Shown here: in pieces, positions 29,873 to 38,732 of the stretch
How the letters are laid out: every line of letters starts with the position of its first letter
Position numbering within the stretch: position 1 is the first letter of the stretch
From: Myxococcota bacterium
GTDB lineage: Bacteria > Myxococcota > Myxococcia > Myxococcales > Myxococcaceae
Length of the DNA: 64,000 nt
Reading direction: 5' to 3'
NCBI GenBank assembly: GCA_049322255.1
Contig: JBMORE010000135.1
Coordinates: 1 to 64,000 of the forward strand
Notes under the pieces: generated by a model
Told to the model about the DNA's origin: nothing
Seen by the model: the letters and a program-made list of their open reading frames with translations, nothing else
Databases searched by the model: none
Program-made: the position numbers and the translations under genes

Positions 29873-30262
29873 TCAGCGTGCGACGAGTTGGCAGGAGGAG
29901 CCACCGGTGAGACTTGATGCAGGCACGCTGTCGTCTCCCCCGTCGACGTCAGAGAAAGATACCCTCAACAGACCGCCATCCTCGACGAATTGAACGCTCC
30001 CGCATTCAAATGAGCCTGCGGCGAAGCCGCAGGTGATTTCGGAGGTCATGAAGCCGAACGATCCCGTGCTGTCGGTTATCGCGCCTGCATCCGAGGCAGT
30101 GCACTTCGCCACCACACCGATGGCGGCTCCCCCATCGTTGCGAACGAGGCTGCAGCGAATCTCTCTCGGGAGGCGATGATCACCCGGCGGGCAGCAGTCG
30201 GGGCAATCCCAACAACCCGTCAGGAGCACGACGCTGAACGCCAGCAGACGGGTGTGGTTCAT
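29873..30262 (-). CDS. Small Cys-rich lipoprotein, hypothetical
   Basis: MNHTRLLAFSVVLLTGC lipobox followed by WDCPDCCPP; visibly less GC-rich than flanks. Confidence 0.55.
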   Translation of the reverse strand: MNHTRLLAFSVVLLTGCWDCPDCCPPGDHRLPREIRCSLVRNDGGAAIGVVAKCTASDAGAITDSTGSFGFMTSEITCGFAAGSFECGSVQFVEDGGLLRVSFSDVDGGDDSVPASSLTGGSSCQLVAR

Positions 30263-30508
30263 AAAGGAGCGCGAGGCAAGTTCCGTGCCGCCAACCCAAG
30301 TTGCGATACCGACATCGCGGGTGGCGCCCGCCCCACGCCGGCCAGGACGCGGCAGCCCCGGCGCCTCAGTTTCTTGAGGGAGCATGGCAAATCCTCGAGT
30401 TGCTGGCACCGCCCATTGCCAGCGGGATAGGTTGCTCGGAACAACGATGTTCCCCCTCATCCTCATGCTCGGCGGTCGCACGCTCTACCGATTGGAGCCC
30501 ACCCGCCC

Positions 30509-31876
30509 ATGACCAAGCCGCCCGGCTCGCCCTGGGTCTGGGCGCTGGTCACCGCCGCGGTGCCCGCTCTACTCGCGGTGACGCAGTTGGGCCGCATTCA
30601 CCCTGACGAGGTGTACCAAACGCTCGAGCCGGCCTACCACCGCGCCTTCGGCTACGGAATCTTGGCCTGGGAGTGGCAGTCGGGCCTGCGCAACTGGGCC
30701 ATCCCGCTTTTGTTCTCCTGGCTTTTGCGTCTGTGCGGCGCGCTGGGCATCGACCACCCGGTGACGTACCGCACGGTGCTCGAGGTTCCGCAGTACCTGC
30801 TCCATGCGTGGGCGTTGCTCGCGATATACCGCTACACCGCGCGCAAGGTGGACGAGCGATGGGCGCTCCTCTCGGTTCCGCTCGTCGGGCTGTACGCCCC
30901 GGTGCTCACCTTCGCCGGGCGCACCCTGGGCGAGTCGTTCTCCACCGCCTTCCTGCTCATTGCCCTGGAGGCGTTGGATCGCGAAGGAGGGCGCGCGCGC
31001 GACGGTCTTCTTGGTGGAGCGATGCTCGGGCTTTCGGTGGTCGCCCGCTACCCGTCGGCGGTGGTGGTGCTGGCAGCGATGGGGTGGCTCTTGGCCACGC
31101 GGCGTTGGCGCATGTTCAGCTTCGCCGCTGTCGGCGGGCTCGGAGTCGCTCTCGCCTTGGGTGCGCTCGACTGGGCGACCTGGGGCAAGCCCTTTCACTC
31201 CCTGGAGGCGTACTTGAAGTTCAACGTCTTTTCCGACGAAGCCGCGCAGCGCTTCGGGCGCGACCCCGCGAGCTACTACCTGGGGCCGCTGCTTGGGCTG
31301 GCGGCGCTGTGGAGTTGGCCCGGGTTGGTGCTCGCGGCGCAGAAGCTTCGCCCGCGTCTGTCGCTGCCGCTGATCTGCGCCCTCGTCTACGTGGGGGCCA
31401 TCACACTCACTTCGCACAAGGAGCATCGCTTCCTTTATCCAGCGCTGGTGCTCCTCGCGTTGGCAGCGGCGCCGGGGCTGTTGGTGGGGCTCGAACGGCT
31501 ACACCGGATCGATGTGCGAAGCGCGCTCGCCGCGCTGGCGGTGGCCGCCTCCGTCGCTCCCTTTTTCTTCGAGACTGCCTTGAGCGTGCAGCGGTCGGAT
31601 CAGTTCCGCGCCATCGTGCGTGCCACCCGCGGCGATGCCACCGGGTTTCTCTTGGTGGGAGACGGCATATGGGGCGCCGGTGGGCACTTCTATCTCGGCA
31701 AGCACATTCCCTGGACGGTGGCGGATGCGCCGCATGACCCCGGCTTCCGCTTGGCGATGAGCGACCGCCGCTTCAACCGGGTGGTGACCTACGACGGGCT
31801 CACGCTCGAAGAGCTCAAAGCCCACGGCTTTACCGAAACCGGGCGCATCGGGCGCGCGACGATGCTCGCACGCTAA
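30509..31876 (+). CDS. GT-C membrane glycosyltransferase, Alg9/PIG-B (GT22)-like mannosyltransferase
   Basis: HPDEVYQTLEPA, WEW..GLR, RTLGES, HKEHRFLYP motifs; many TMs. Confidence 0.85.
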   Translation: MTKPPGSPWVWALVTAAVPALLAVTQLGRIHPDEVYQTLEPAYHRAFGYGILAWEWQSGLRNWAIPLLFSWLLRLCGALGIDHPVTYRTVLEVPQYLLHAWALLAIYRYTARKVDERWALLSVPLVGLYAPVLTFAGRTLGESFSTAFLLIALEALDREGGRARDGLLGGAMLGLSVVARYPSAVVVLAAMGWLLATRRWRMFSFAAVGGLGVALALGALDWATWGKPFHSLEAYLKFNVFSDEAAQRFGRDPASYYLGPLLGLAALWSWPGLVLAAQKLRPRLSLPLICALVYVGAITLTSHKEHRFLYPALVLLALAAAPGLLVGLERLHRIDVRSALAALAVAASVAPFFFETALSVQRSDQFRAIVRATRGDATGFLLVGDGIWGAGGHFYLGKHIPWTVADAPHDPGFRLAMSDRRFNRVVTYDGLTLEELKAHGFTETGRIGRATMLAR

Positions 31877-31881
31877 AAAAA

Positions 31882-31963
31882 CGGCCGGGACACACGCGAA
31901 GGTTCGCTACCGTTGCTTCCTTCCGGACCTGGCGGGGTTCACGTCCCCGCGTTGTCCCGACCA
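31882..31963 (-). ncRNA. ffs: Signal recognition particle 4.5S RNA
   Basis: Reverse complement contains GCCAGGTCCGGAAGGAAGCAACGG, closing stem GGTCGGGAC/GTCCCGGCC, then a T-tract. Confidence 0.93.
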
Positions 31964-31973
31964 TAAATTTTCG

Positions 31974-32008
31974 CCCCTCACCCTAACCCTCTCCCAGAGG
32001 GAGAGGGG
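31974..32008 (+). repeat. REP-like repeat copy 4 (between tRNA-Ser and ffs)
   Basis: CCCCTCACCCTAACCCTCTCCC-AGA-GGGAGAGGGG. Confidence 0.85.
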
Positions 32009-32014
32009 ATTCTA

Positions 32015-32101
32015 CGGAGAGGGTGGGATTCGAACCCACGATACCCGTGAAGGTATACACGCGTTCCAGGCGTGCGCCTTCAACCACTCGGCCACCTCTC
32101 C
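32015..32101 (-). tRNA. tRNA-Ser (GGA)
   Basis: GGAGAGGTGGCCGAGTGG...CACGCCT-GGA-ACGCGTG, long variable arm, GGTTCGAATCC; CCA not encoded. Confidence 0.94.
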
Positions 32102-32104
32102 TAA

Positions 32105-32191
32105 CGGAGAGCGTAGGATTCGAACCTACGATACCGTTCCCGGTATACCTGATTTCGAGTCAGGCGCCTTCGACCACTCGGCCAGCTCTCC
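32105..32191 (-). tRNA. tRNA-Ser (CGA)
   Basis: GGAGAGCTGGCCGAGTGG...CCTGACT-CGA-AATCAGG, long variable arm; CCA not encoded. Confidence 0.94.
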
Positions 32192-32213
32192 ACTCCTATT
32201 CAGTTGTCAGCTT

Positions 32214-32675
32214 CTAGGCGCTTCGAAGCGCCCGGAAGAAATCTTTGAGCACCGCCCCGCAAGCGTCGGCGAGCACTCCTGCTTCCACCTGCACCCGGTG
32301 GTTGTGCCGCGGCTCCTCCGCCAAGTTGTACAGCGAGCCCACCGCTCCCGCTTTGGGGTCCATCGCCCCGAACACCAGCCGCGTCAGCCGCGCCTGCACC
32401 ATCGCCCCGGCGCACATCGCGCAGGGCTCCAAGGTCACGTACAACGTCACCCCCGACAGCCGCCAGGCATTCAGCGCCTCGGCCGCCTGTTCGAGCGCGA
32501 GCATCTCGGCGTGGGCGAAGGGACGGCGATCGACCTCCCGGCGGTTGTAGCCACGGCCGATCACCCGGCCCTCGTACACCGCCACCGCGCCCACCGGCAC
32601 CTCCCCGAGCGCGGCGCCTTCACGCGCCAGCCCGAGTGCTTGCTCGAGGAAGGCGATGTCTTCGGACGTGGGCAT
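32214..32675 (-). CDS. tadA: tRNA adenosine(34) deaminase
   Basis: GEVPVGAV, HAE, LYVTLEPCAMC, DPKAGAVGS, NH; ATG at 32675. Confidence 0.95.
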   Translation of the reverse strand: MPTSEDIAFLEQALGLAREGAALGEVPVGAVAVYEGRVIGRGYNRREVDRRPFAHAEMLALEQAAEALNAWRLSGVTLYVTLEPCAMCAGAMVQARLTRLVFGAMDPKAGAVGSLYNLAEEPRHNHRVQVEAGVLADACGAVLKDFFRALRSA

Positions 32676-32685
32676 GGAAGAAAAG

Positions 32686-32762
32686 TGGCGCGCCCTAGAG
32701 GATTTGAACCTCTGGCCTTCGGATTCGTAGTCCGACGCTCTATCCAACTGAGCTAAGGGCGC
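32686..32762 (-). tRNA. tRNA-Arg (ACG)
   Basis: GCGCCCTTAGCTCAGTTGGATAGAGCGTCGGACT-ACG-AATCCGA...GGTTCAAATCC...GCGCCA. Confidence 0.95.
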
Positions 32763-32784
32763 GTATTCCCTCTGCAAAAAGATG

Positions 32785-32874
32785 TGGCGGAGAGAGAGGG
32801 ATTCGAACCCTCGATACCCTTGCGAGTATACAGGTTTAGCAAACCTGCGCCTTCAGCCTCTCGGCCATCTCTCC
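32785..32874 (-). tRNA. tRNA-Ser (GCT)
   Basis: GGAGAGATGGCCGAG...CAGGTTT-GCT-AAACCTG, long variable arm, CCA encoded. Confidence 0.94.
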
Positions 32875-32902
32875 AGTCAAAACCTGTCAAAGAACAGCAT
32901 TA

Positions 32903-32989
32903 CGGAGGAGGTAGGATTCGAACCTACGAAGGGCTTTCACCCTTGGCGGTTTTCAAGACCGCTGCCTTCAGCCGCTCGGCCACTCCTCC
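32903..32989 (-). tRNA. tRNA-Ser (TGA)
   Basis: GGAGGAGTGGCCGAGCGG...GCGGTCT-TGA-AAACCGC, long variable arm; CCA not encoded. Confidence 0.94.
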
Positions 32990-33103
32990 TTACTTTTCGC
33001 TGACCGATGGGCCTCGCAGGGTAACCCCAACGAGGGGCGCTCTGCTACCACGACCCCTTTTGCTTTGCCAAGCCAATCAACCGCCTGCTTGGGGGCACGT
33101 CGC

Positions 33104-34384
33104 TCACAGCGGGCGCAGCTCGGTGAGGCCGCCCATGTACGGCACCAACACCGGAGGAATGGCCACCGTGCCGTCTTCTCGCTGGTAGCTCTCCAGCAAG
33201 GCGACCACGGTGCGGCCGATCGCCAACCCGGAGCCGTTCAAGGTGTGTAACAGCTGCGGCTTGTCGCCCTTCTCCCGGCGATAGCGAATCTTCGCCCGTC
33301 GCGCCTGGTAGTCGCCGAAGTTGGAGCAGGAGCTGATCTCCCGGTACGCGTTCTGTCCTGGCAGCCACACCTCGATGTCGTAGGTCTTGCTGGCGGAAAA
33401 CCCCATGTCGCCGGTGCACAGGGTGACGACCCGGTGGTGCAGCGCCAGCTTCTCCAGAATCTCGCAGGCGTCGCGGGTGAGCGATTCGAGCTCGGCCATG
33501 CTCGTTTCGGGGGTGGCGAACTTCACCAACTCGACTTTGTGAAACTGGTGCATGCGAATGAGCCCCCGCGTGTCCTTACCCGCGCTGCCCGCCTCGGCGC
33601 GAAAGCACGGCGAGTAGGCGCAGTACTTCAAGGGCAAGTGCGCGACGTCGAGAATCTCGTCTTGGTGGAAGTTGGTGACCGGCACCTCCGCGGTGGGAAT
33701 GAGGAAGTACTCGCTTTGCCCCGCGGTCTTGAAGGCGTCCTCTTCGAACTTGGGCAGCTGCCCGGTGCCGGTCATCGCTGCCCGGTTGACCAGGTAGGGC
33801 GGCAAAAGCTCCAGGTAACCCTTGGCCGTGTGCTGGTCGATCATGAACGCCACCAAGGCGCGCTCGAGCCTGGCCAAAGGGCCCTTGTAGAAGACGAAGC
33901 GGCTGCCGGCCACCTTGGCGGCGCGCTCGAAGTCGAGCATGCCCAGCCGCTCACCCAGCTCGAAGTGCTGCCGGGGGGTGAAGAGGAAGTTGGGCTTTTC
34001 ACCGTAAGTACGCTCGACTCGGTTGTCCTCCGCGGAGGCCCCGGTGGGCACCGAAGGGTCGGGCAGGTTGGGAATGTAGAGAAGAATCTTCTCCAGCTCG
34101 CTCTCCACCTCGGCGAGGCGGGCCTCCTTCTCCTTTATCTGCTGGGAGACCGCGCGCATCTGCCCGCGAATGGCGTCGATCGCTTTCGGGTCTTCCTTCG
34201 CCTTCTTCTTGATCTCCTCGTTGGCGGTGTTGCGCTGGAAAGAGAGCGCCTCCATTCCCACGATGAGCTCCTTGCGCTCCTGCACCAAGGAAAGGAAGGG
34301 GCCCAAATCGAGGCTCCCCCCGCGGGACTTCAGGCGGGCGACCACCGCGTCGAAGTTCTTGGCGACCTCTCGTAGATCCAGCAC
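33104..34384 (-). CDS. serS: Serine--tRNA ligase
   Basis: [53 protein letters not shown]. Confidence 0.97.
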   Translation of the reverse strand: MLDLREVAKNFDAVVARLKSRGGSLDLGPFLSLVQERKELIVGMEALSFQRNTANEEIKKKAKEDPKAIDAIRGQMRAVSQQIKEKEARLAEVESELEKILLYIPNLPDPSVPTGASAEDNRVERTYGEKPNFLFTPRQHFELGERLGMLDFERAAKVAGSRFVFYKGPLARLERALVAFMIDQHTAKGYLELLPPYLVNRAAMTGTGQLPKFEEDAFKTAGQSEYFLIPTAEVPVTNFHQDEILDVAHLPLKYCAYSPCFRAEAGSAGKDTRGLIRMHQFHKVELVKFATPETSMAELESLTRDACEILEKLALHHRVVTLCTGDMGFSASKTYDIEVWLPGQNAYREISSCSNFGDYQARRAKIRYRREKGDKPQLLHTLNGSGLAIGRTVVALLESYQREDGTVAIPPVLVPYMGGLTELRPL

Positions 34385-34387
34385 GGG

Positions 34388-37300
34388 TCACAGCTCCTGC
34401 TTCAAGTCGAAGATTTCGTCTTCGATCTCCCGCTTGTCCTCGGCGTCGGGCTTCTTCTCCAGATATTTTTGGAAAGCGGCGATCGCCTCGTTCTTCTGGC
34501 GCCGCTCCTTGTAGGCGAAGCCCAGGTAGTACCAGGGCATGGGGTTGTCCTTGTCCTCGGAGGTGGCGCGCCGGTACCAGTTGATGGCTTCAGTGTGCTT
34601 GCCTTGCTCGGCGTAGGCGCGCGCCATCCGGTAATACACCTGGGTGAGCGAGGGGTCGGCACCGAGCGCTTTGCGGTAGTGGGTGATGGCCTCGTTCCAC
34701 TTGGTCGCCTGGTAGTGGCAGTCACCGACCAGCGCCATCACCCGGGCGCGCCCAGGAGCGGCCTCGAGCGCCGCTTCGAACTGTGCCACCGCGAGGTCGA
34801 GCTCGCCCCGGTCCAGGTGCGCCTGGCCCAGCGCCTCGAGCGCGTCGGCGTGGTTGGGCGAAAGCTCCACCGTTTGCCGCCACTCTTCCATCGCTTCGTT
34901 GGGCTTGCGGGCGTCGCGGTAGATGAGGCCCAGCTGGTAGTGATAGGCGGGCCGCTTGGGCGCGTATTCGAGAGCGCGCTTCATGTTGTCGATGGCTTGC
35001 GTGTGCTCGGCGCGCTTGTTCTTCACCTTGGCCACGTAGAAGTAGGCTTCCGCGTTGGAGGGGTCTTGCGCCTGAGCGGCGAGCAGGCTCGCCTCGGCGC
35101 CGGCCAGGTCGCCCTTGTCGAGCTTCACCGCGCCCAGGGTGATGAGGATGTTCGCCGCCTTGGGGTCTTCGGACTTGGCTTTTTCCAGCTCGGCGATCGC
35201 CTCGTCGAGCTTGCCCAGCCGCCACAAGACCAAGCCCTTTTGCAGCCGGCCATCCTTGAGGCGCGCGTCGAGGGAAAGAGCCTTCTCCACGTGCTCTTGG
35301 GCCTCGGCTGGCCGGCCCTGGACGAGCGCCACCCGGGACAGGCCGAGGTAGGCGTCGGCGAGGTTGGGGTCGGAGGCGCGCGCCGCCTCGAACTGGGTCT
35401 TGGCCTCCTCGGCGTCTTCCTGGGTGAGCGCCAGCTCGCCCAAGCCCACCTGCACCCCGGCGTGGGTGGGCGCCTTCTTGCGCGCTTCCTCCAGCTGCAC
35501 TTTGGCTTCCTCGAGCCGGCGGAAGCGCAGGTACATGCGCGCCAGGTAGAGGTTGGCTTCCACCAGCTCGGGGTCGGCGTTGGCCGCGCGGGTGTAGTTG
35601 CTGGCCGCCTCGGTGGGCTGGTCGAGCGCGTCGGCGACCCGCCCGTAGAGAAAAGCGATGCGCGCGTTCCCGGGGAAGCGGATGTTGGCGCCTTCCACCT
35701 GCTTGAGGGCGTCGCTCATCTTGCCGGTGGCGATGAGCGCGGAGAGCAAGCCGTCGGTGTACTCGAGGTTGTGCGGCTCCTTGGTGCTTGCTTCCTCCAA
35801 GAGGGGGAGCGCTTTTTCGTACTGCCGTTGGGACAGGTACACCTTGGCCAGGCCGGCCTTGGCAAAGACGGAAGCGGGGTCGAGCTGGAGCGCCGCCTCG
35901 AACTGGGTGATGGCTTCTTCGGGTTTGAATTGCATCGCCAGCGCTTCGGCCTTGAGCGCGGCCGCGCGGGCCAGCTCGGCCGGGCCCAACAGCGCGCGGC
36001 GCTCCTCGGCCAGGGCGCGGTCCACCGCCCCCACCCCCGCCTCGACGTCTTTTTGAATGAGCAGCTGCAGCGCCGCCAGCTCGACGGCGCTCACCACGTG
36101 ATCGGGGTCGGCCTTCAGCGCGTCTTCGTAGGCCTGGGCGGCGGCCTGGGCGTCTTTGTTCAGCTGGTGGAGGTTGCCCAGCGCGTGCAGCGCCTTCGCC
36201 GAGTCGGGCTTTTGCTCCAGCACCGCCTCGAGGGCGTTGGCGGCGAGCTTGCTCTGGCCCTTGGCGGCGTAGGCTTCGGCCCGCAAGAAAGCGAGCTCGA
36301 GGTCTTTTTGGTTCTCGGTGCGGGCCAGCGCGTCTTCGAGAAGCAACAGCGCGCCATCGACGTCGCGGGTGGTCAGCGCCCGCCCGGCGAGCGCCTTCAC
36401 TACCTCGGGGTGCTTTTCACCCAGCAGTTTGATGTTGGCGATGGCCGCCTCGGCCTTGGCCTGCTCGCTGGGGTTGGCGGCGGCGTAGCGGCGCTGCAGG
36501 TAGTAGATGGCTTGGCACCACACCGCGCGGACCTCGGGGTACTCCTTCACGGTGAGCGCCGAAGCCGCCGCGTCTCGAGCTTCCTGATAGCTCTTGAAGG
36601 TGTCGGCCAGGAGCGCCTTCTGCGACCGTTGCAGGTCGGCGAACTCCCGGGTGCCCGCGGTGACCTTGGCGGGGAAGAGCAGCTTGAGGGCGAAGAACCC
36701 ATACGGGGTGGTGACGCCCAACGTGACTCCGGCACCGGCGAAAAGCAGCACGAGCACGGCCGCGGCGATGAGGGGAATGCGCCTTTTCCACTGCGCGGCG
36801 GCGGCCGACCCGTCGACCACCGCCACCGCCGCCATGCGTCCCTCGTAGAGCTGCTTGAGGCGCTCCATCGAGGCCTGCGACTGCGCAGGAGAGCTGCTCT
36901 GGCTGCCGCCCTGGGCGGGCACCTGGGAAGTGGGCGCGTGCGAGGGCGTCTCCATCAGCCGCTCGATGGTCGCCTGAAAAGCCGGCAAGGCGCCGATGGG
37001 TTCCCATTTCTCTCCATCGGTGGAGACGTCCTCGTTGCCGAGCAACTGCCCGTCCTCGAGCATCTTCACCACCACGCCCTCGTCGAAGGGGCCGAACACC
37101 TTCCCGGTGCGGCGTCGCACCTGGTAGCGCGGGCCCTTGGGCTTGGCGGTCGCGGTCTTGTTTTCCTTGGCGGCGCTGTCGATGAAGTCGAGCATCTCCA
37201 GCCCGTCGGCGGTCTGCGGCTGCGCGGGGGGAGGGATGGGCGCCGAGAGGTCGACCTCGAGATCGTCCTGCGGTTTGGGGCGGGCGGTGGGGTCGAACTC

Positions 37301-38617
37301 CAACGCGTCGGAGGAGCGGGTGGGGGCGACTTCCGAGAAGTCGACTTCGCCGAAGCTGGCCGTGGGGTTCGCCGAGGGCACCGGCTCCTGAACCTCCACT
37401 CCGAAGTCCGCGATCGCCGGCGCGGGGGCGGGTGGGGGCAGGTCGGTGAGCTCGAAGCCACCGGGCTTTGCAGGCGCCTCTTCGACGGCGGGCACGTTGG
37501 GAAGGGTGGTCGAACCGGAAGGAGCGGGCAGGTCGCTGAAGTCGAAGCCGTCGGTGGGGGGAAGCGGCGCGGCGGACGGCGGCGGGCGGACGCCGGAGGG
37601 CACTTCGCTGAAATCGGCCGCCTCGGCCTCGGGCACGTCGTCGACTCCCGCTCCCGGCAGCGGCACCGAAGGCATCTGTGCGGTGGGCGGAGCAGGAAAG
37701 TCGCTGAAGTCCACCGCTCCAGGCAGGGGGATGGCCGACGACGGCGAAGCTTCCGCGGTGAAGAAGTCGTGGCTCGCCGGAGGAGGGGGAGGCACGTCAG
37801 CCATCACCCGGGTGGATTCTCGGTCCCACCGCGCGGGCGCAGGCTCGGCCGCGCTGATGCCAGGTAGGGGGACTGCGTCCGACGGCGGCGAAGCCTCTGC
37901 GACGAAGAAGTCGTGGCTCGCTTGCGGAGGGGGAGGTACGTCAGCCATTACTCGGGTGGACTCTTGGTCCCACCGTGGGCTGGCGGGCTCGGCCGCGGTG
38001 ATGCCGGGCAGGGGAACCGCGTCGTCCGACGGCGGCGAAGCCTCTGCGACGAAGAAGTCGTGGCTCGCCAGCGGAGGGGGAGGCACGTCAACCATCACCC
38101 GGGTGGACTCTTGGTCCCACCGTGGGTTGGCAGGCTTGGCCGCGGTGATGCCGGGCAGGGGAATCGCGTCCGCTGGCGGCGGGGGAAAAGGAGGCGGAGG
38201 CGGCAGGCCCACCCCGGGGAGGGGAATCGCTCCCGCGCGTGACGGGAAGGCCACCGCCCCGGGCAGCGGAATGGAAGGAGGCGGGGGCGGCGGAACGAAT
38301 GGGGAGGCGGCGCTCATCCCCGGCAGCGGAACGGCCTCGGGGGAGGAACGGTGCGCCTGGGGAGGGAGCGCAGAGAAGTCACCGACGCGCGTCTGCTCCT
38401 CTTCCCAGTCGGGCTCGGGAGGAGTGGGCGGCGCGGGGGTGGCTCCCGGCAGCGGCACCGCGGCGTCGCCATTGAACAGGGAAGGGGCGGGGCCGGCGGC
38501 GAGCTTGATGGGGAAGGTGGTCTGACAGCGCGCGCACTTGAGCTTGGCGCCTCCAGCGGGAATCCGCTTGTCGTCGATGTTGTAGTTGGTCTGGCAAGAG
38601 GGGCAGGAGACTTTCAT
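34388..38617 (-). CDS. Zinc-ribbon / Pro-rich / GYF-like / TM / multi-TPR protein (~1409 aa)
   Basis: MKVSCPSC...KCARC zinc ribbon; RRTGKVFGPF...LEDGQL...W GYF_2-like; TM; many TPRs. Confidence 0.88.
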   Translation of the reverse strand: MKVSCPSCQTNYNIDDKRIPAGGAKLKCARCQTTFPIKLAAGPAPSLFNGDAAVPLPGATPAPPTPPEPDWEEEQTRVGDFSALPPQAHRSSPEAVPLPGMSAASPFVPPPPPPSIPLPGAVAFPSRAGAIPLPGVGLPPPPPFPPPPADAIPLPGITAAKPANPRWDQESTRVMVDVPPPPLASHDFFVAEASPPSDDAVPLPGITAAEPASPRWDQESTRVMADVPPPPQASHDFFVAEASPPSDAVPLPGISAAEPAPARWDRESTRVMADVPPPPPASHDFFTAEASPSSAIPLPGAVDFSDFPAPPTAQMPSVPLPGAGVDDVPEAEAADFSEVPSGVRPPPSAAPLPPTDGFDFSDLPAPSGSTTLPNVPAVEEAPAKPGGFELTDLPPPAPAPAIADFGVEVQEPVPSANPTASFGEVDFSEVAPTRSSDALEFDPTARPKPQDDLEVDLSAPIPPPAQPQTADGLEMLDFIDSAAKENKTATAKPKGPRYQVRRRTGKVFGPFDEGVVVKMLEDGQLLGNEDVSTDGEKWEPIGALPAFQATIERLMETPSHAPTSQVPAQGGSQSSSPAQSQASMERLKQLYEGRMAAVAVVDGSAAAAQWKRRIPLIAAAVLVLLFAGAGVTLGVTTPYGFFALKLLFPAKVTAGTREFADLQRSQKALLADTFKSYQEARDAAASALTVKEYPEVRAVWCQAIYYLQRRYAAANPSEQAKAEAAIANIKLLGEKHPEVVKALAGRALTTRDVDGALLLLEDALARTENQKDLELAFLRAEAYAAKGQSKLAANALEAVLEQKPDSAKALHALGNLHQLNKDAQAAAQAYEDALKADPDHVVSAVELAALQLLIQKDVEAGVGAVDRALAEERRALLGPAELARAAALKAEALAMQFKPEEAITQFEAALQLDPASVFAKAGLAKVYLSQRQYEKALPLLEEASTKEPHNLEYTDGLLSALIATGKMSDALKQVEGANIRFPGNARIAFLYGRVADALDQPTEAASNYTRAANADPELVEANLYLARMYLRFRRLEEAKVQLEEARKKAPTHAGVQVGLGELALTQEDAEEAKTQFEAARASDPNLADAYLGLSRVALVQGRPAEAQEHVEKALSLDARLKDGRLQKGLVLWRLGKLDEAIAELEKAKSEDPKAANILITLGAVKLDKGDLAGAEASLLAAQAQDPSNAEAYFYVAKVKNKRAEHTQAIDNMKRALEYAPKRPAYHYQLGLIYRDARKPNEAMEEWRQTVELSPNHADALEALGQAHLDRGELDLAVAQFEAALEAAPGRARVMALVGDCHYQATKWNEAITHYRKALGADPSLTQVYYRMARAYAEQGKHTEAINWYRRATSEDKDNPMPWYYLGFAYKERRQKNEAIAAFQKYLEKKPDAEDKREIEDEIFDLKQEL
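37736..38170 (-). repeat. Intragenic tandem repeat, 3 x 144-147 bp (48-49 aa)
   Basis: DA(I/V)PLPGI(T/S)AA.PA..RWD.ESTRVM.DVPPPP.ASHDFF.AEASP starting at 38170, 38023 and 37879. Confidence 0.9.
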
Positions 38618-38732
38618 GACGCTCCCGAAGCATGGGCGAGGGCGGGCATCAAGCAGGCGCACGTTAGCACGGGGAAGTCCGGTGGTTGTCGACGGTCGCG
38701 CTGGCTCATGCTAGGTCGGCCGTCCTTCGCTC

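Noticed and set aside
30404..30419. TGGCAC...TTGC upstream of the GT22-like gene as a sigma54 promoter
   Set aside because: GG-to-GC spacing is 11 rather than 10; it reads better as a short inverted repeat GCTGGCA/TGCCAGC
31882..32989. tRNA- or ffs-anchored prophage or genomic island
   Set aside because: No integrase, phage genes or duplicated tRNA 3' end seen
32023..33188. Short ORFs over the tRNA cluster and the N-terminal extension of tadA to 32777
   Set aside because: They are translations of tRNA genes
34469..37867. Long antisense ORFs (this 1132-aa one, also 10838-12706, 13832-15871, 15962-17938, 17981-19804, 58345-60480)
   Set aside because: Stop-poor antisense frames typical of high-GC genes, with no recognisable motifs
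37736..38170. Tandem repeats as a CRISPR array
   Set aside because: In-frame coding repeats without unique spacers; no cas genes in the window
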